Shown here piece after piece: positions 40,507-54,362 of a DNA stretch of 64,000 nucleotides. The stretch lies in assembly GCF_009914755.1 (NCBI RefSeq), contig NC_060929.1; one strand, given 5' to 3'. The translations under genes and the position numbers were made by a program. Every line of letters starts with the position of its first letter. The first letter of the stretch is position 1. The notes under the pieces were generated by a model, which saw only the letters and a list, made by a program, of their open reading frames with translations, was not told the DNA's origin and did not search any database. This stretch comes from the human T2T-CHM13v2.0 reference genome, Homo sapiens.

Positions 40507-42604
40507 GGGTTCCAAGATGGCCGAATAGGAACTGCTCCAGTCTACAGCTCCCAGCACGAACCACGCAGAAGACTGGTGATTTCTGCATTTCCCACTGAGG
40601 TACTGGGTTCGTCTCAATGGGGCTTGTCGGACAGTGGGTGCAGTCCACGGAGCATAAGCTGAAGCAGGGTGGGGCATCGCCTCACACAGGAAGTGCAAGG
40701 GGTCAGGGAATTCCCTTTCCTAGCCAAGGGAAGCTGTGACAGATGGTACCTAAAAAATTGGGACACTCCCACCCTAATACTGCGCTTTTCCAACAGTCTT
40801 AGCAAAGGGCACACCAGAAGATTATATCCCGCACCTGGCTGGGAGGTGCCCACGCCCACTGAGCCTTGCTCACTGCTAGCACAGCAGTCTGAGATCGAAC
40901 TGCAAGATGGCAGTGAGGCTGGGGGAGGGGCGCCCACCATTGCTGAGGCTTCAGTAGGTAAACAAAGCAGCTGGGAAGCTCGAACCGGGTGGAGCCCATG
41001 GCAGCTCAAGGAGGCCTGCCTGCCTCTGTAGACTCCACCTCTTGGGGCAGGGCATAGTGGAACAAAAGTCAGCAGAAACTTCCGCAGACTTAAACGTCCC
41101 TGTCTGACAGCTTTGAAGAGAGTAGTGGTTCTCCCAGCACGGAGTTTGAGATCTGAGAATGGACAGACTGCCTGTCAAGTGGGCCCCTGACCCCTGAGTA
41201 GCCCAACTGAGAGACAACTCCCAGTAGGGGCCGACTGACATCGCATACAGCCGGGTGCCCCTCTGAGACGAAGCTTTCAGAGGAAGGATCAGGCAGCAAC
41301 ATTTGCTATTCTGCAATATTTGCTGTTCTGCAGCCTCCACCAGTGATACCCAGGCAAACAGGGTCTGGAGTGGACCTCCAGCAAACTCCAACAGACCTGC
41401 AGCTGAGGGACCTGACTGTTAGAAGGAAAACTAACAAACAGAAAGGAACAGCATCAACATCAACAAAAAGGACATCTACACCAAAACCCCATCTGTAGGT
41501 CACCGTCATCAAAGACCAAAGGTAGATAAACACCAGAAGCAATGGCAACAAAAGCCAAAATTGACAAATGGGATCTAACTAAACTAAAGAGCTCCTGCAC
41601 AGCAAAAGAAACTACCATCAGAGTGAACAGGCAACCTACAGAATGGCAGAAAAGTTTTGCAATCTACCCATCTGACAAAGGGCTAATATCCAGAATCTAC
41701 AATGAACTCAGACAAATTTACCAGAAAAAAACAAACAACCCCATCAACAAATGGGCAAAGGATATGAACAGACACTTCTCAAAAGAAGACATTTATGCAG
41801 CCAACAGACACATGAAAAATTCTCATCATCACTGGCCATCAGAGAAATGCAAATCAAAACCACAATGAAATACCATCTCACACCAGTTAGAATGGTGATC
41901 ATTAAAAACTCAGGAAACAACAGGTGCTGGAGAGGATGTGGAGAAATAGGAATGCCGTTACACTGTTGGTGGGACCATAAACTAGTTCAACCATTGTGGA
42001 AGACAGTGTGGCTATTCCTCAAGTATCTAGAACTAGAAATACCATTTGACCCAGCCATCCCATTACTGGGTATATACCCAAAGGATTATAAATCATGCTG
42101 CTATAAAGACACACGCACACATATGTTTGTTGCGGCACTATTCACAATAGCAGACTAGGAACCAACCCAAATGTCCATCAATGATAGACTGGATTAAGAA
42201 AATGTGGCACATATACACTATGGAATACTATGCAGCCATAAAAAAGGATGAGTTCATGTCCTTTGTAGGGACATGGATGAAGCTGGAAACCATCATTCTC
42301 AGCAAACTATCACAAGGACAGAAAACCAAACACTGCATGTTCTCACTCATAGGTGGGAATTGAACAATGTCCGAATTGAACACTTGGACACAGGGTGGGG
42401 AACATCACACACTAGGGCCTGTTGTGGAGTTGGGGAAGTGGGGGGAGATAACATTAGGAGAAATACCTAATGTAAATGATGAGTTAATGGGTGTAGCACA
42501 CCAACGTGGCACATGTATACATATGTAACAAATCTGCACGTTGTGCACATGTGCCCTAGAACTTAAAGTATAATTTAAAAAATACAAAAATAAATAAATA
42601 AATG
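40507..42604 (+). mobile_element. L1PA5/6-like element with intact termini and ~4-kb internal deletion
   Basis: 5'UTR 40507-41531 (YY1 site CAAGATGGCCG at 40513-40523) joined to the ORF2 C-terminus, 3'UTR and tail; TSD CACATAGGATTATTA at 40492-40506 and 42608-42622 (17/18 when extended). Confidence 0.93.
41542..42363 (+). pseudogene. L1 ORF2p C-terminal segment, frameshifted
   Basis: [12 protein letters not shown]..., [18 protein letters not shown] and [10 protein letters not shown]...SLIGGN spread over three ORF pieces. Confidence 0.85.
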
Positions 42605-45600
42605 AAGCACATAGGATTATTAAAGCAAGTTTGCTTTTTAAAACAAAAATTATATAATTACCTTGTGACATTTAAAATATATGATGGACTACATATGCCT
42701 AAATCTAACCATAACAATAAGTTCATTAAAATGTATTACATACCCCAATAAAAGGCAGAGGTTTTCAGGATAGATAACACATAGTCTAAATAAATAAATG
42801 TATGTTATATTAAAAAATAAAGTTGAGAATTATAAAGTGAATCAAAAAAGATATACTCTGCAAACAAATGACAAAAGAAAAATTAAGAAAAGGACTATTA
42901 CCAAAGATAAGAGGAAAAGAAGTTTAATGATGATAAAGAATTTAATTCATCAGAAAGACATAATAAGTCCTACAAAATACATAAAGCAAAAATTGACAGA
43001 AATGAAAAGAAAAAAATTCTACCATCTTAGTTGTTGATTTTAATACCCATCATAGCAATTGATAAAACAATCAGACACAAAAAATAATCAAGGAAGTCAC
43101 AGTTGAAATGATTAACACTATCAAACACCTGGAACTAATACATATATAAAGAAGTAACCATAAACATGAAACTAATGCCAGGAAAAATAGAGTATTATGT
43201 TTAAACAACTGAGAATAAAATGACTACCAATTTAAAATTTTTCACAGAGTTAAAAAATCACCATTTACAAGTAAAGGTAACAAAAAGATATTTTCAGACA
43301 CTCAAAGACTATGAGAATTTACCATTCACAGACCTATGCTAAAAAAATTAATGTACATAACTAAAATAAATATAAACAATAGAAGCTAATAAAATGTTCA
43401 CTATAATTTGTGTGTTCTAAATGGTAAAAATAAAGTTCTAAATAATAACAACCTTAAGGAAAAATGCTTAATGCATATTTAAAGCATACTAACACTATTG
43501 TTGTATTCAGAAAAATAGAAATACTGAATAAAGGAAGAACTCTTTAAAAAGATTATAGGTAAAAATGTGTCTTAACACTTTAAGAGTAATACTAAATAAA
43601 AATATAATTTATAGCTTTCAATTAGCAAAATAAAAAAGCTATCAATCTAACAGAAATTCAGGAAGGTGAAAAAAACACAAAATGTATAGTAGGATAACAG
43701 AAACAATCCCAAATATTTGCATTGCCACAAAACTGTAATAGCTCAAATTATAAAAATTACTGATTGATTTTTGTTCATTCTACTCTATACACTGCTTTCA
43801 AAAAACCTAACTGAAGCAAAACCAAACTGAAAAATCAAAAACAAAAGTAAAGAAACTGAGATACTATCCAAATACTACTCTTGTAAAAAGGCTGAGTTAC
43901 AATATTAGGATAAAACAAAATACGGTTGGAAGTCACTAACCAAGAAAAAGAAGAGCTCTATATAATAATAAGAGGAACATCTACCAAGAAGATATAATAT
44001 TCACTAGTTTATATGTACCTAACAACCTCAGCATAAATATATAAAGCAAAAGCTTTCAACTACTTCTATTAGAATACTGCATTAAAGACTTGTTTTCATT
44101 GCCACATAAGAAACTGACTTATTATGAGTCACCTCAGATAAATCAGTTAAATTCTGTTCTCTCTTTGTGAATTGATGATATTCATGCTTATTTTACTAAA
44201 TGAAATATTTTTGTTTCTAACTAGGTATTAATAAAGCTTAATAATCTGATATATACTGTACACACACACATATATGTATGTATGCACATTTATATATGTG
44301 CAAACTAGCAGACATAGAAGAGAGGGAGAAAAGAAAAAGCAAAAGAAATAGAAAAGGTTAATTATAAAAATGTAGGTATCATCAGGCACAGAGGCTTGCA
44401 CAGAAGGAAATGGATAAATAAAAATTAGGGACAAGGAAGCACAAAAGTCATGATGGACATTGTAAAGAAAGAGCTGCTTACAAAGATCTGGATCCAAGGA
44501 GTTACAAATAATAGTTAAGATAAACAAAAAAATCACTTTTTTGGCTGCTTGTGTTATTTAAATCATACAGTTAATAGTAAGTAATCCTCTTATTTTATAA
44601 ATGAATAGTTTATCAACATTAAAACAGACATAATCCTTGGCTCTAAAGTGTTTCCCGAAGTCTCTTTTTAAAAATAATAAGTTTTGGTTGGATTGTTTAT
44701 CACGAAATCATGCCACAAGTCATTTACTTTGGTGGAAGCCTTTCCTAATTTTGAAGTCAAAAATGAGCTGCATCACAAAAATATGTAAATATGACAGTTT
44801 AAAGAAAAATGATGTACTTTGGTGCTTTAAGAACAGAGGGAGTTAAATAGTAATTCCATTCATGAAGATGGTTGTTGAGTTCGTTCTCATCACTTTGACC
44901 TGTCACCAATGTGTGTGACACTACTTGAAGCTAAACAGGTGAATTCATGATTCCCAATCTCTCTTTAGCTCTCAGAAAAGCAACGTACATTGGAAAACTC
45001 TTCACTGAAAAAGAGCTATCTGAAAGGCTGAGAATTTGTACAAAATAAGCTAAAAAATAATAATAATAATAAGTTCCTATCTTCCATAAAGCTACCATTT
45101 AAGGCAGACAATACTGATAAGGTCAAAATATTAAATTATACCAATAAAATGCAAGAAAATATGTTTGTTATTTAGAGATAAGAGAAATTAAATATTTCCT
45201 TGCTATGAGATTCTTGAAAGTAGCATCTATGTATCTTTGAGCTCTGTTTTTCCAGAAACTAACACAGGGCCAGGCATAAAATAGGTACTCAATACTCCAT
45301 TGTTGAGTGGGATTAAATTAAGAAAGTATTGGAGTGTTTAGCTGGATCTAAAATAAAAAGGGAACACTAGAAAAGCCACATGTGGAAAGGCCAAGAGGGA
45401 TGACTAGAAACAGCTGTGGTCAGAGGCTCCCACTAAGAATAATAACAGCGAGTGAATCCTGCACCAGCAACCAAGGTATCCAGGTTCTCTCAGTGGAACT
45501 GACTAGGCAGTTGGTGCAACCCAAGGAGAGCAAGGAAAAGAAGAGTGGTGTGATGGCCCACATGGGAGCCACACAGGGCAAAGGGAGCTCCCACCCCCAG

Positions 45601-48600
45601 CCAAGGGAGGTGGTGAGTGATTATTCCACCCTGCCTGGGAAACGATGTTTTGTCCACTGATCTGTGCAACCTGCAGAACAGGAGATCCCTCTTGAACCTA
45701 CACCACCAGGGTCTTGGGTTCCAAGCACAGAGCTGTGCAGATTCTCTTCAGTCACTCTGCTGGAGACTGCCTAAGACTAACAAGTTCCCGGGGGGAGGGT
45801 GGGCCATCATCACTGCAGCTGCCTGCTCCCTCAGACAACTGAGTTCCCTAGGGGAATTGTGGCAGCCATCACTGCAGCTCCAGTCTGCACTTTTTGCACT
45901 ACTGGTGCTGGGTAGACTGGGTGGTTTGAACCTAGGAAGAATTCCTCACAGTGCAGCACAGCAGCTGTGGCAGATTGTGACCAGACTGCTCTTTAGGCTA
46001 CACCCTGACCCATCCCTCCTCACTGGGCAGGTCCTCCCTTCAGGAATTTCAGCAACACCAGCCAGGAGTTTAGGGACAGAACTCTGATCTCCCTGGGACT
46101 GAGACCCCAGGGGAAAAGGTGGCTACAATCTCCGAAGATCAGCAGACTTAGTCTTTCTTTCCCCCTGCTGGCTCTGAGGAATGTGGGCAGCCCAGATGAG
46201 TGGGATTTCCCCCAGCGCAACACATCAACTTCACCAAGGGGAAGCCAGAGTGCTTGTGCTTTGTTAAGCAGGTCCCAGATCCCATGTCTCCTAACTGGGT
46301 GAGAACCCCCAAAGGGGTTGCCAGAAACCTTATAGAGGAGCGTTCCCGCTGGCATCAGGTCAGTGACCCTCAGAGAAAGAGAACCCAGAGGAAGGAGCAG
46401 ACACCCATCTTTGCTGTTCTGCAACCTCCACGACTGACACCTCCAGGTGCAGGGGAGACTCAGGTGAATAAGGTCTATTGTGGACCCCCAGCAAACCACA
46501 GCAGCCCTACAAAAGAGGGGCCTGTTAAAAGAAAAACAAACAGAAAGCAACAACAGCAACAGCGTCAATAAAAAAGTTCCCACCAAAACTCCATCCAGAG
46601 ATCAGCAGCCTCAAAAACTGAAACTACACAAATGAAGAAAAAAAATCAATGAAAAAACAGTGAAAACTCAAAAACCCAGAGTGCCTCTTCTCCTCCAAAT
46701 GATTGCAACACCTCTCCAGCAAGGGCACAGAATTGGACAGAGGCTGAGATGGATGAATTGACAGAAGTAGGCTTCAGAAGGTGGGTAATAACAAACTTTG
46801 CTGAGCTAAAGGAGCTTGTTCTAATCCAATGCAAAGAAACTAACAATCATGATAAAACATTACAAGAGCTGTTAACTAGAATAATCAGTTTAGAGAGAAC
46901 TGTAAATGACCTGACGGAGCTGAAAAACAAAACACAAGAACTTCACAATGCAATCACAAGTATCGATAGCAGACTAGACCAAGTGGAGGAAAGAATCTCA
47001 GAGTTTAAACACTATCTTGCTGATATAAGATAGGCAGACAAGATTAGAGAAAAAAGAATGAAAAGGAACGAAAAAACCTTGAAGAACTATGGGATTATGT
47101 AAAAAGACCAAACCTATGACTGATTGGGGGGTACCTGAAACAGACAGGGAGAACAGAACAAATTTGGAAAACATAATTTAGGATATCATCCAGGAGAACT
47201 TCCCCAACCTAGCAAGACAGGCCAATATTCACATTCAGGAAATCCAGAGAACTACAGGAAAATACTCCATGAGAGATCAATCTCAAGACAAATAATCATC
47301 AGATCTCCAAGAACCATCAGATTCTCCAAGGTCAAAATGAAAAAAAAAAACGTTAAGAGCATCCAGAGAGAAAGACCAGGTCACCTACAAAGGGTGCCAT
47401 CAGACTAATGGCACACCTCTTAGCAGAAACCCTGCAAGCCAGAAGAGATTGGGGACCAATATTCAACATTCTTAAAAAAAAAAAAAGAATTTTCAGCCCA
47501 GAAATTAATATCCAGCCAAACTAAGCTTCATAAGCAAAGGAGAAATAAAATCCTTTTCAGACAAACAAATGCTGAGGGAATTCATCACCATCAGGCCCAC
47601 TTTGAAAGAGCACCTGAAGGAAGCACTAAATATGCAAAGGAAAAACCAGTACCAGCAACTGCAAAAACACACTGACAATGTGTGTTTGTTAACACTATGA
47701 AGCAACTACATCAACAAGTCTGAAAAATAACCAGCTAACATCATGATGAGAGGATCAAATTAACGCGTAACAATATTAACCTTAAATGTAAATGGGCTAA
47801 ATGCCCCAATTTAAAGACACAGAATGGCAAGCTGGATAAAGAGTCAAGACCCACCAGTGTGCTGTAGTCAAAAGACCCATCTCACCTTTAAAGATACACA
47901 TAGGCTCAAAATAAAGGGATGGAGGAATTTTTACCAAGTAAATGGAAAGCAGAAAAAAGCAGGGGTTGCAATCCTAGTTTCTGACAAAACAGACTTCAAA
48001 TCAACAAAGATCAAAAAAGACAAAGAAAGGCATTACATAACAGTAAATGGATCAATTCAATAAGAAGAGCTAACTATCCTGAACATATATGCACCCAATA
48101 CAGGAGCACCCAGATTCATAAAATAAGTTCTTAGAGACATACAAAGAGACTTAGACTCCCACACAATAATAGTGGGAGCATTTAACACCCCACTGTCAAT
48201 ATTAGATCACTGAGACAGAAAATTGACAAGAATATTCAAGACTTGCACTCAGCTCTGAATCAAGTGGACCTGATAGATATCTACAGAACTCTCCACCCAA
48301 TAACAACAGAATATATATTCTTCTTGGTGCCATATGACACTTATTCTAAAATTGACCACATAAATGGAAGTAAAACACTCCTCGGCAAATGCAAAAGAAC
48401 TGAAATCTTAACAAACAGTCTCTCAGACCACAGCAAAACCAAATTAGAACTCAAGATTAAGAAACTCACTCAAAACCACACAACTACATGGAAATTGACA
48501 GCCTGCTCCTGAATGACTCCTAGGTAAATAATGAAATTAAGGTAGAATTAAGAAGTTCTTTGAAACAAATGAGAACAAAGAGACAATGTACCAGAATCTC

Positions 48601-50729
48601 TGGGATATAGCTAAAGTAATGTTAAGAGGGAAGTTTATAGCACTAAATGCTAATGTCAAAAAGCTAGAAAGATCTCAAATTGACACCCTAACATCACAAC
48701 TAAAAGAACTAGAGAACCAAGAGCAAACAAACCCAAAAGCTAGCAGAAGACAAGAAATAACCAAGATCAGAGCAGAACTGAAGGAGACAGAGACACAAAA
48801 AGCCCTTCAAAGAAATCAATGAATTCAGCAGCTCGTTATTTCAAAAATGTAATAAAATACATAGACCACTAGCTAAACTAATAAAAAAGAAAAGAGAGAA
48901 GAATCAATTAGACACAATAAAAAATGAAAAAGAGGATATCACCACTGACCCCACAGAAATATGAACAACCATCAGAGAATATTATAAACACCTCTAGGCA
49001 AATAAACTAGAAAATCTAGAAGAAATGGATAAATTCCTGGACACATACACTCTCCCAGGTCTAAAACAGGAAAAAGTTGAATCCCTGAATAGACAAATAA
49101 CAAGTTCTGAAATTGAGGCAGTAATAAATAGACTACCAACCAAAAAAGGCCAGAACAAGACAGATTTAGAGCTGAATTCTACAACAAGTACAAAGAGGAG
49201 CTGGTGCCATTTCTTCTAAAACTATTCCAAACAATTGAAAAGGAGGAACTTCTCCCTAACTCATTTTATGAGGCCAACATCATCCTGATACCAAAACCTG
49301 GCAGAGATTTAAAAAAAAAAAATTCAGGCCAGTATACCTGATGAACATCAATGCAAAAATCCTCAATAAAATACTGGCAAACCAAATCTGGCAGCACATC
49401 AAAAAGCTTATCCACCATGATCAAGTCAACTTTATCCCTGGGATACAAGGCTCATTCAACATATGCAAATCAAAAAATGTAATTCTTCACATAAACAGAA
49501 CTAAAGACAAAAACCACATGATTATCTCAATAGATACAGAAAAGGCATTCAATAAAAATCAACATCCTTTCATGTTAAAAACACTCAATGAACTAGATAT
49601 TGATAGAACATATCTCAAAATAATAGCTATTTATAACAAACCCACAGCCAATATCATACTGAATGGGCAAAAGCTGGAAGCATTCCCCTTGAAAACTGGC
49701 ACAAGACAAGGATGCTCTCTCTCACCACTCCTATTCAACATAGTATTGGAAGTTCTGGCCAGAGCAATCAGACAAGACAAAGAAATAAAGGGTAGTCAAA
49801 TCGGAAAAAAGAAGTCAAGCTCTCTCTGTTTGCAGACTACATGATTCTATATCCACAAAATGCTGTCTCGGTCCAAAAGCTCCTTAAGCTGATAAGCAAC
49901 TTCAGCAAGGTCTTAGGATATTAAATCAATGTGCAAAAATCACAAGCACTCCTATACATGAACATTAGACAAGCAGAGAACAAAATCATGAGTGAACTTC
50001 CATTCATAATTGCTACAAAGAGAATAAAATACTAGGAGACAGCTAACAAGGGATGTGAAGGACCTCTTCAAGGAGAACTACAAACCACTGCTCAAGAAAA
50101 AAAGAGAAGACACAAACAAATGGAAAAACATTCCATGCTCATGGACAGAAAGAATCAATATCATAAAAATGGCCATACTGCACAAAGTAATTTATAAATG
50201 TAATGCTATTCCTATTAAATTATCAATGACATTCTTCACAGAATTAGGAAAAAAACTAGTTTAAAATTTATATGGAACCAAAAGAGAACTGTATAGCAAA
50301 GACAACCCTAAGCAAAAAGAACAAAAGCTGGAAGCATCACTCTACCCAACTTCAAACTACACTACAAGGCTACAGTAATCAAAACAGCATGGTATTGGTA
50401 CAAAAACAGATACATAGACCAATGAAACAGAATAGAGAACTTAGATATAAGACTGCACATCTACAGTCATTTTTCCTTTAAAAAACCTGATGAAAACAAG
50501 CAATGGGAAAAGTTTTCCCTATTTAATAAATGGTGCTGGAAGAACTGGCTAGCCATATATCGAAAATTGAAACTGGACCCCTTCCTTACACCTTATACAA
50601 AAATTAACTCAAGATGGATTAAAGACTTAAATGTAAAACCCAAAACTGTCAAAACTCTAGAAGAAAATCTAGGCAATACCATTCAGGACATAGGCATGGG
50701 CAATGATTTCATGACAAAAATGTCAGAAG

Positions 50730-51064
<335 letters not shown>

Positions 51065-52083
51065 CTAATGTGATCTAATTAAACTAAAGAGCTTCTGGAC
51101 AGCAAAAGAAACTATCATTAGAGTGAACAGACAACCTACAGATTGGGAGAAAAATTTTGCAATCTATCCATCTGACAAAGGTCTAATATCCAGAATCTAC
51201 AAGAAAGTTCAACAAATTTACAAGAAAATAACAAACAACCCCATTAAAAAGTGGGCAAAGGACATGCACAGACACTTCTCAAAATAAGACATTTATGCAG
51301 CCAACAAACATACGAAAAAAAGCCCAACATCACTGATAATTAGAGAAATGCAAATCAAAACCACAATGAGATACTATCTCATGCCAATCAGAATGGCAAT
51401 TATTAAAAAGTCAAGAAACAAAAAAATGCTGGTGAGGCCGTGGAGAAATAGGAACACTTTTACACTGTTGGTGGGAATGTAAATTAGTTCAACCATTGTA
51501 GAAAACAGTGTGGTGATTCTTCAAAGACCTTGAACCAGAAATGCCATTTGACCCAGAAATCCCATTACTGGGTATATATCCAAAGGAATATAAATCATTC
51601 TATTAAAAAGATACATGCAAATGTATGTTCATTGCAACACTATTTGCAATAGAAAAAATTGAATCAACTCAAATGCCTATCAATGATAGACTGGATAAAG
51701 AAAATGTACATATACACCATGGAATACTATGCAGCCATGAAAAAGAAAAAGATCATGTCCTTTGCAGGGACATGGATGGAGCTGGAAGCCATTATCCTCA
51801 GCAAACTAACACAGGAACAGAAAACCAAACACCACATTTTCTAACTTGTAAGTGGAAGCTCAACAATTAGAACACATGGACACAAGGAGGGGAACAACAC
51901 ACACCAGGGCCTGTCAGGCATGGGGGCCAGCGGGAGGGAGAGCATCAGGATAATCAACTAAGTATATAGGGCTTAATATTTAGGTGATGGGTTGATAGGT
52001 GCAGCAAACCACCATGGCACAGGTTTACCTATGTAACAAACTTGCACATCCTGCACATGTATCCCAGAACTTTAAATGAAAGA

Positions 52084-52111
52084 AGGCAGGCAGGCAGGCA
52101 GGCAGGCAGGC
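52084..52111. repeat. (AGGC)7 microsatellite in the L1 tail position
   Basis: Perfect tetranucleotide run between the L1 3' end and the TSD. Confidence 0.9.
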
Positions 52112-52149
52112 CGGCCAAGCCACATGTTGTGAAGAATAGTGAATACCCC

Positions 52150-52640
52150 TAGTTGGTTATTTCACCATCCAGCATCTATTCATGTTCCTCTGGGTAACAG
52201 TGCCCTGATGCTACCTCTCCCTCCCTCTCAGCACATAGGCTCCAGGTGAGCCTCCACATTTAGCTTAGGGGTGACAGTCAACATGTCACATTACCCTGGG
52301 ATGTATTGATTGGTTCAGTGATGCGCACATGATTCAATTAGAGACAAAGAAATATTTCTAGGAACCCTGAGACAAAGGTTCTTGCCTTTTTGCATGGGAT
52401 TTGAAAACCAGACCACAGAAACCAGAAAAATCTTGGAAAGATTTCTAGGATTATAAATTTAAAAACAAAAAAAGTAACATTCCTGCTGGTCATGAGGAGA
52501 GAGCCATCCTGGGGTCAAAGTCAACCAAGACAATGTGGACATGAGAGACAGAAAGAAAGCCCCCAGTTCCAGTTGTCATGGATTCAGCCTCCGGATGCAG
52601 CTGGCCTATGTATCTGTTGGTCAGTGTTATTTTGAAACAC
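52150..52640 (+). mobile_element. Old MLT1 (K/L-like) LTR relic
   Basis: CTCTGGGTAACAG...TGATTGGTTCAGTGATGCGCACATGA motif; boundaries approximate. Confidence 0.5.
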
Positions 52641-52969
52641 AGCTTACAGAAAATAAAATAGAACCACAGGAATTTTTCTCTATATTATATAATCTTGTAT
52701 TTTCTCTACTGTCACCAGAACCTATTACTATATCTCTTCCCTTTTTCTTCACTCATCTGTGAATCACAATCATCTTTATTTTCTGTGAGTCTATTCATTC
52801 TACCCCTTTTCAAATGTACTTATGATGCAGAATTGTCTTGTTTGCGGGCCTGTCTCCCTTCTGAAATACGAGTTCCCCCAGGAAAGGGGTTATGCCTCAT
52901 TAATTTCATATCCACCAGCCTACATAGTTTAATTTACAGAACATAGTAAGTGCTCACACTAATTTTGGG

Positions 52970-53160
52970 GACAGTGTGCAGTGTTGTGGAGAGAAATTTG
53001 AAGCAAGCACACCTAGGTTCAAACTAGCTACTTGTCTAAATTACAAAACATCTTAACACTGCAGAATCCTCACGTAAAAAATGGGCATAATAATGTATCT
53101 TCCATCATTGCTGTGAAAATTAAATAATGTTTGAAATATCCCTATATGATGCCTAGCTCA
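52970..53160 (+). mobile_element. MIR relic
   Basis: CACCTAGGTTCAAA...CCTCACGTAAAAAATGGGCATAATAAT...TTGCTGTGAAAATTAAATAA. Confidence 0.6.
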
Positions 53161-53696
53161 CAGAAAGTCCCCAATAATTATTAGTTTTTGCAACCCCATT
53201 CCCAAAAAAAATTGTATAAGTTGATAATTCAAGGAAGAGATAATGAGAATATGATAAAAGACTGTTATAAGCAAAAAGACCAAATTTAGGAGATAATGTG
53301 AATGTAAAAACAACAATTTTGGGCAAAGGACTAAATAGAATGAAAAACACAGACAATTAAATGTAATCTAGAAAAGATTTGAGGACTCAGAGATGCCAGT
53401 GACAATTTCATCATGATGTGGAAAATAAGCACAGACCATGTTATCAGGTTGTTAAGAAATTCTTCTCTAAGGTTGTAATGATATAACTAGCGGTAGTAAT
53501 GGTAAACCGTAATTTAACTGCTGTGAACTTCTTAATTAGTCAGAGGCTAATTCTCTGTTAGGGCCTCCATCAGCCATTCCAGTAATTAATTGCCCAAATT
53601 AGTTGTAATCATTGAGTTCATTGATAAACAATTTCATGATAACACGGAGCACAGGGCAACAAGAACGAAAATGAACTGCTAAATATCCAAACTAAG

Positions 53697-54362
53697 TGTA
53701 TTAGTCCATTTTCACACTGCTATAAATAAATAACTGAGACTGGGTGATTTATAAAAGAAAGAGGTTTGGCCAGGTGTGGTAGCTCACGTTTGTAATCCCA
53801 GAACTTTGGGAGGCCGAGGCAGGCGGATCACTTGAGGTCAGGAGTTCAAGACAAGCCTGACCGACATGGTGAAACCTCATCTCTGCTAAAAATTCAAAAA
53901 TTAGCTGGGCATGGTGGTGCACACCTGTAGTCCCCAGGAGGCTGAGGAAGGAGATTCATTCAAATTCGGGAGGCAGAGGTTGCAGGGGACTGAGATCACA
54001 CCACTGCACTCCAGCCTGGGCTACAGAGCAAGACTCAGTCTCCAAAAATAAGTAAATAAATAAGGAAAGAGGTTTGTTTAATTGACTCACAGTTCCACAT
54101 GGCCAGAGAGGTCTCAGGAACTTAAAATCATGATGGAAGGTGAAGGGGAAGCAAGGACCTTCTCCACCTTATGGCAAGAGAGAGAAGTGCAAGCAGAGAA
54201 GCGCCGGATGCTTATAAAACCATCAGATCTAGTGAGAACTCACTCATTATCACAACAACAGCATGGGGGGGAACCACCCCCATCATCCAATCACCTCCCT
54301 CCCTTGACATGTGGGAATTACAAGATGCGATTCAGGTGGGGACACAGAGTGAAACCATAGCA
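53697..54362 (-). mobile_element. MaLR solo LTR (THE1D/MSTA-like) split by an Alu
   Basis: TGTATTAGTCC...AAACCATAGCA termini; perfect TSD CTAAG at 53692-53696 and 54363-54367. Confidence 0.92.
53768..54061 (+). mobile_element. AluS-like nested in the LTR
   Basis: Dimer with a small right-arm deletion; TSD AA(A/G)GAAAGAGGTTT at 53754-53767 and 54062-54075. Confidence 0.93.

Larger units (their letters stand above)
39071..44060 (+). mobile_element. Ancient L1M fragments (5' region/ORF1/EN), split by the 40507-42604 insertion; probably more than one element
   Basis: A-rich decayed ORF1-like blocks (CATCTTTAAAGTGCTGAAA...ATTCTATACCCAGTGAAAA, CTACAAGAAATACTAAAGGAAG) and EN-like blocks (TATGTACCTAACAAC); boundaries approximate. 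Confidence 0.6.

Noticed and set aside
40412-41551. Multiple antisense ORFs in the L1 5'UTR (possible ORF0)
   Set aside because: GC-rich UTR gives long stop-free frames; no intact ORF0 could be verified by eye.
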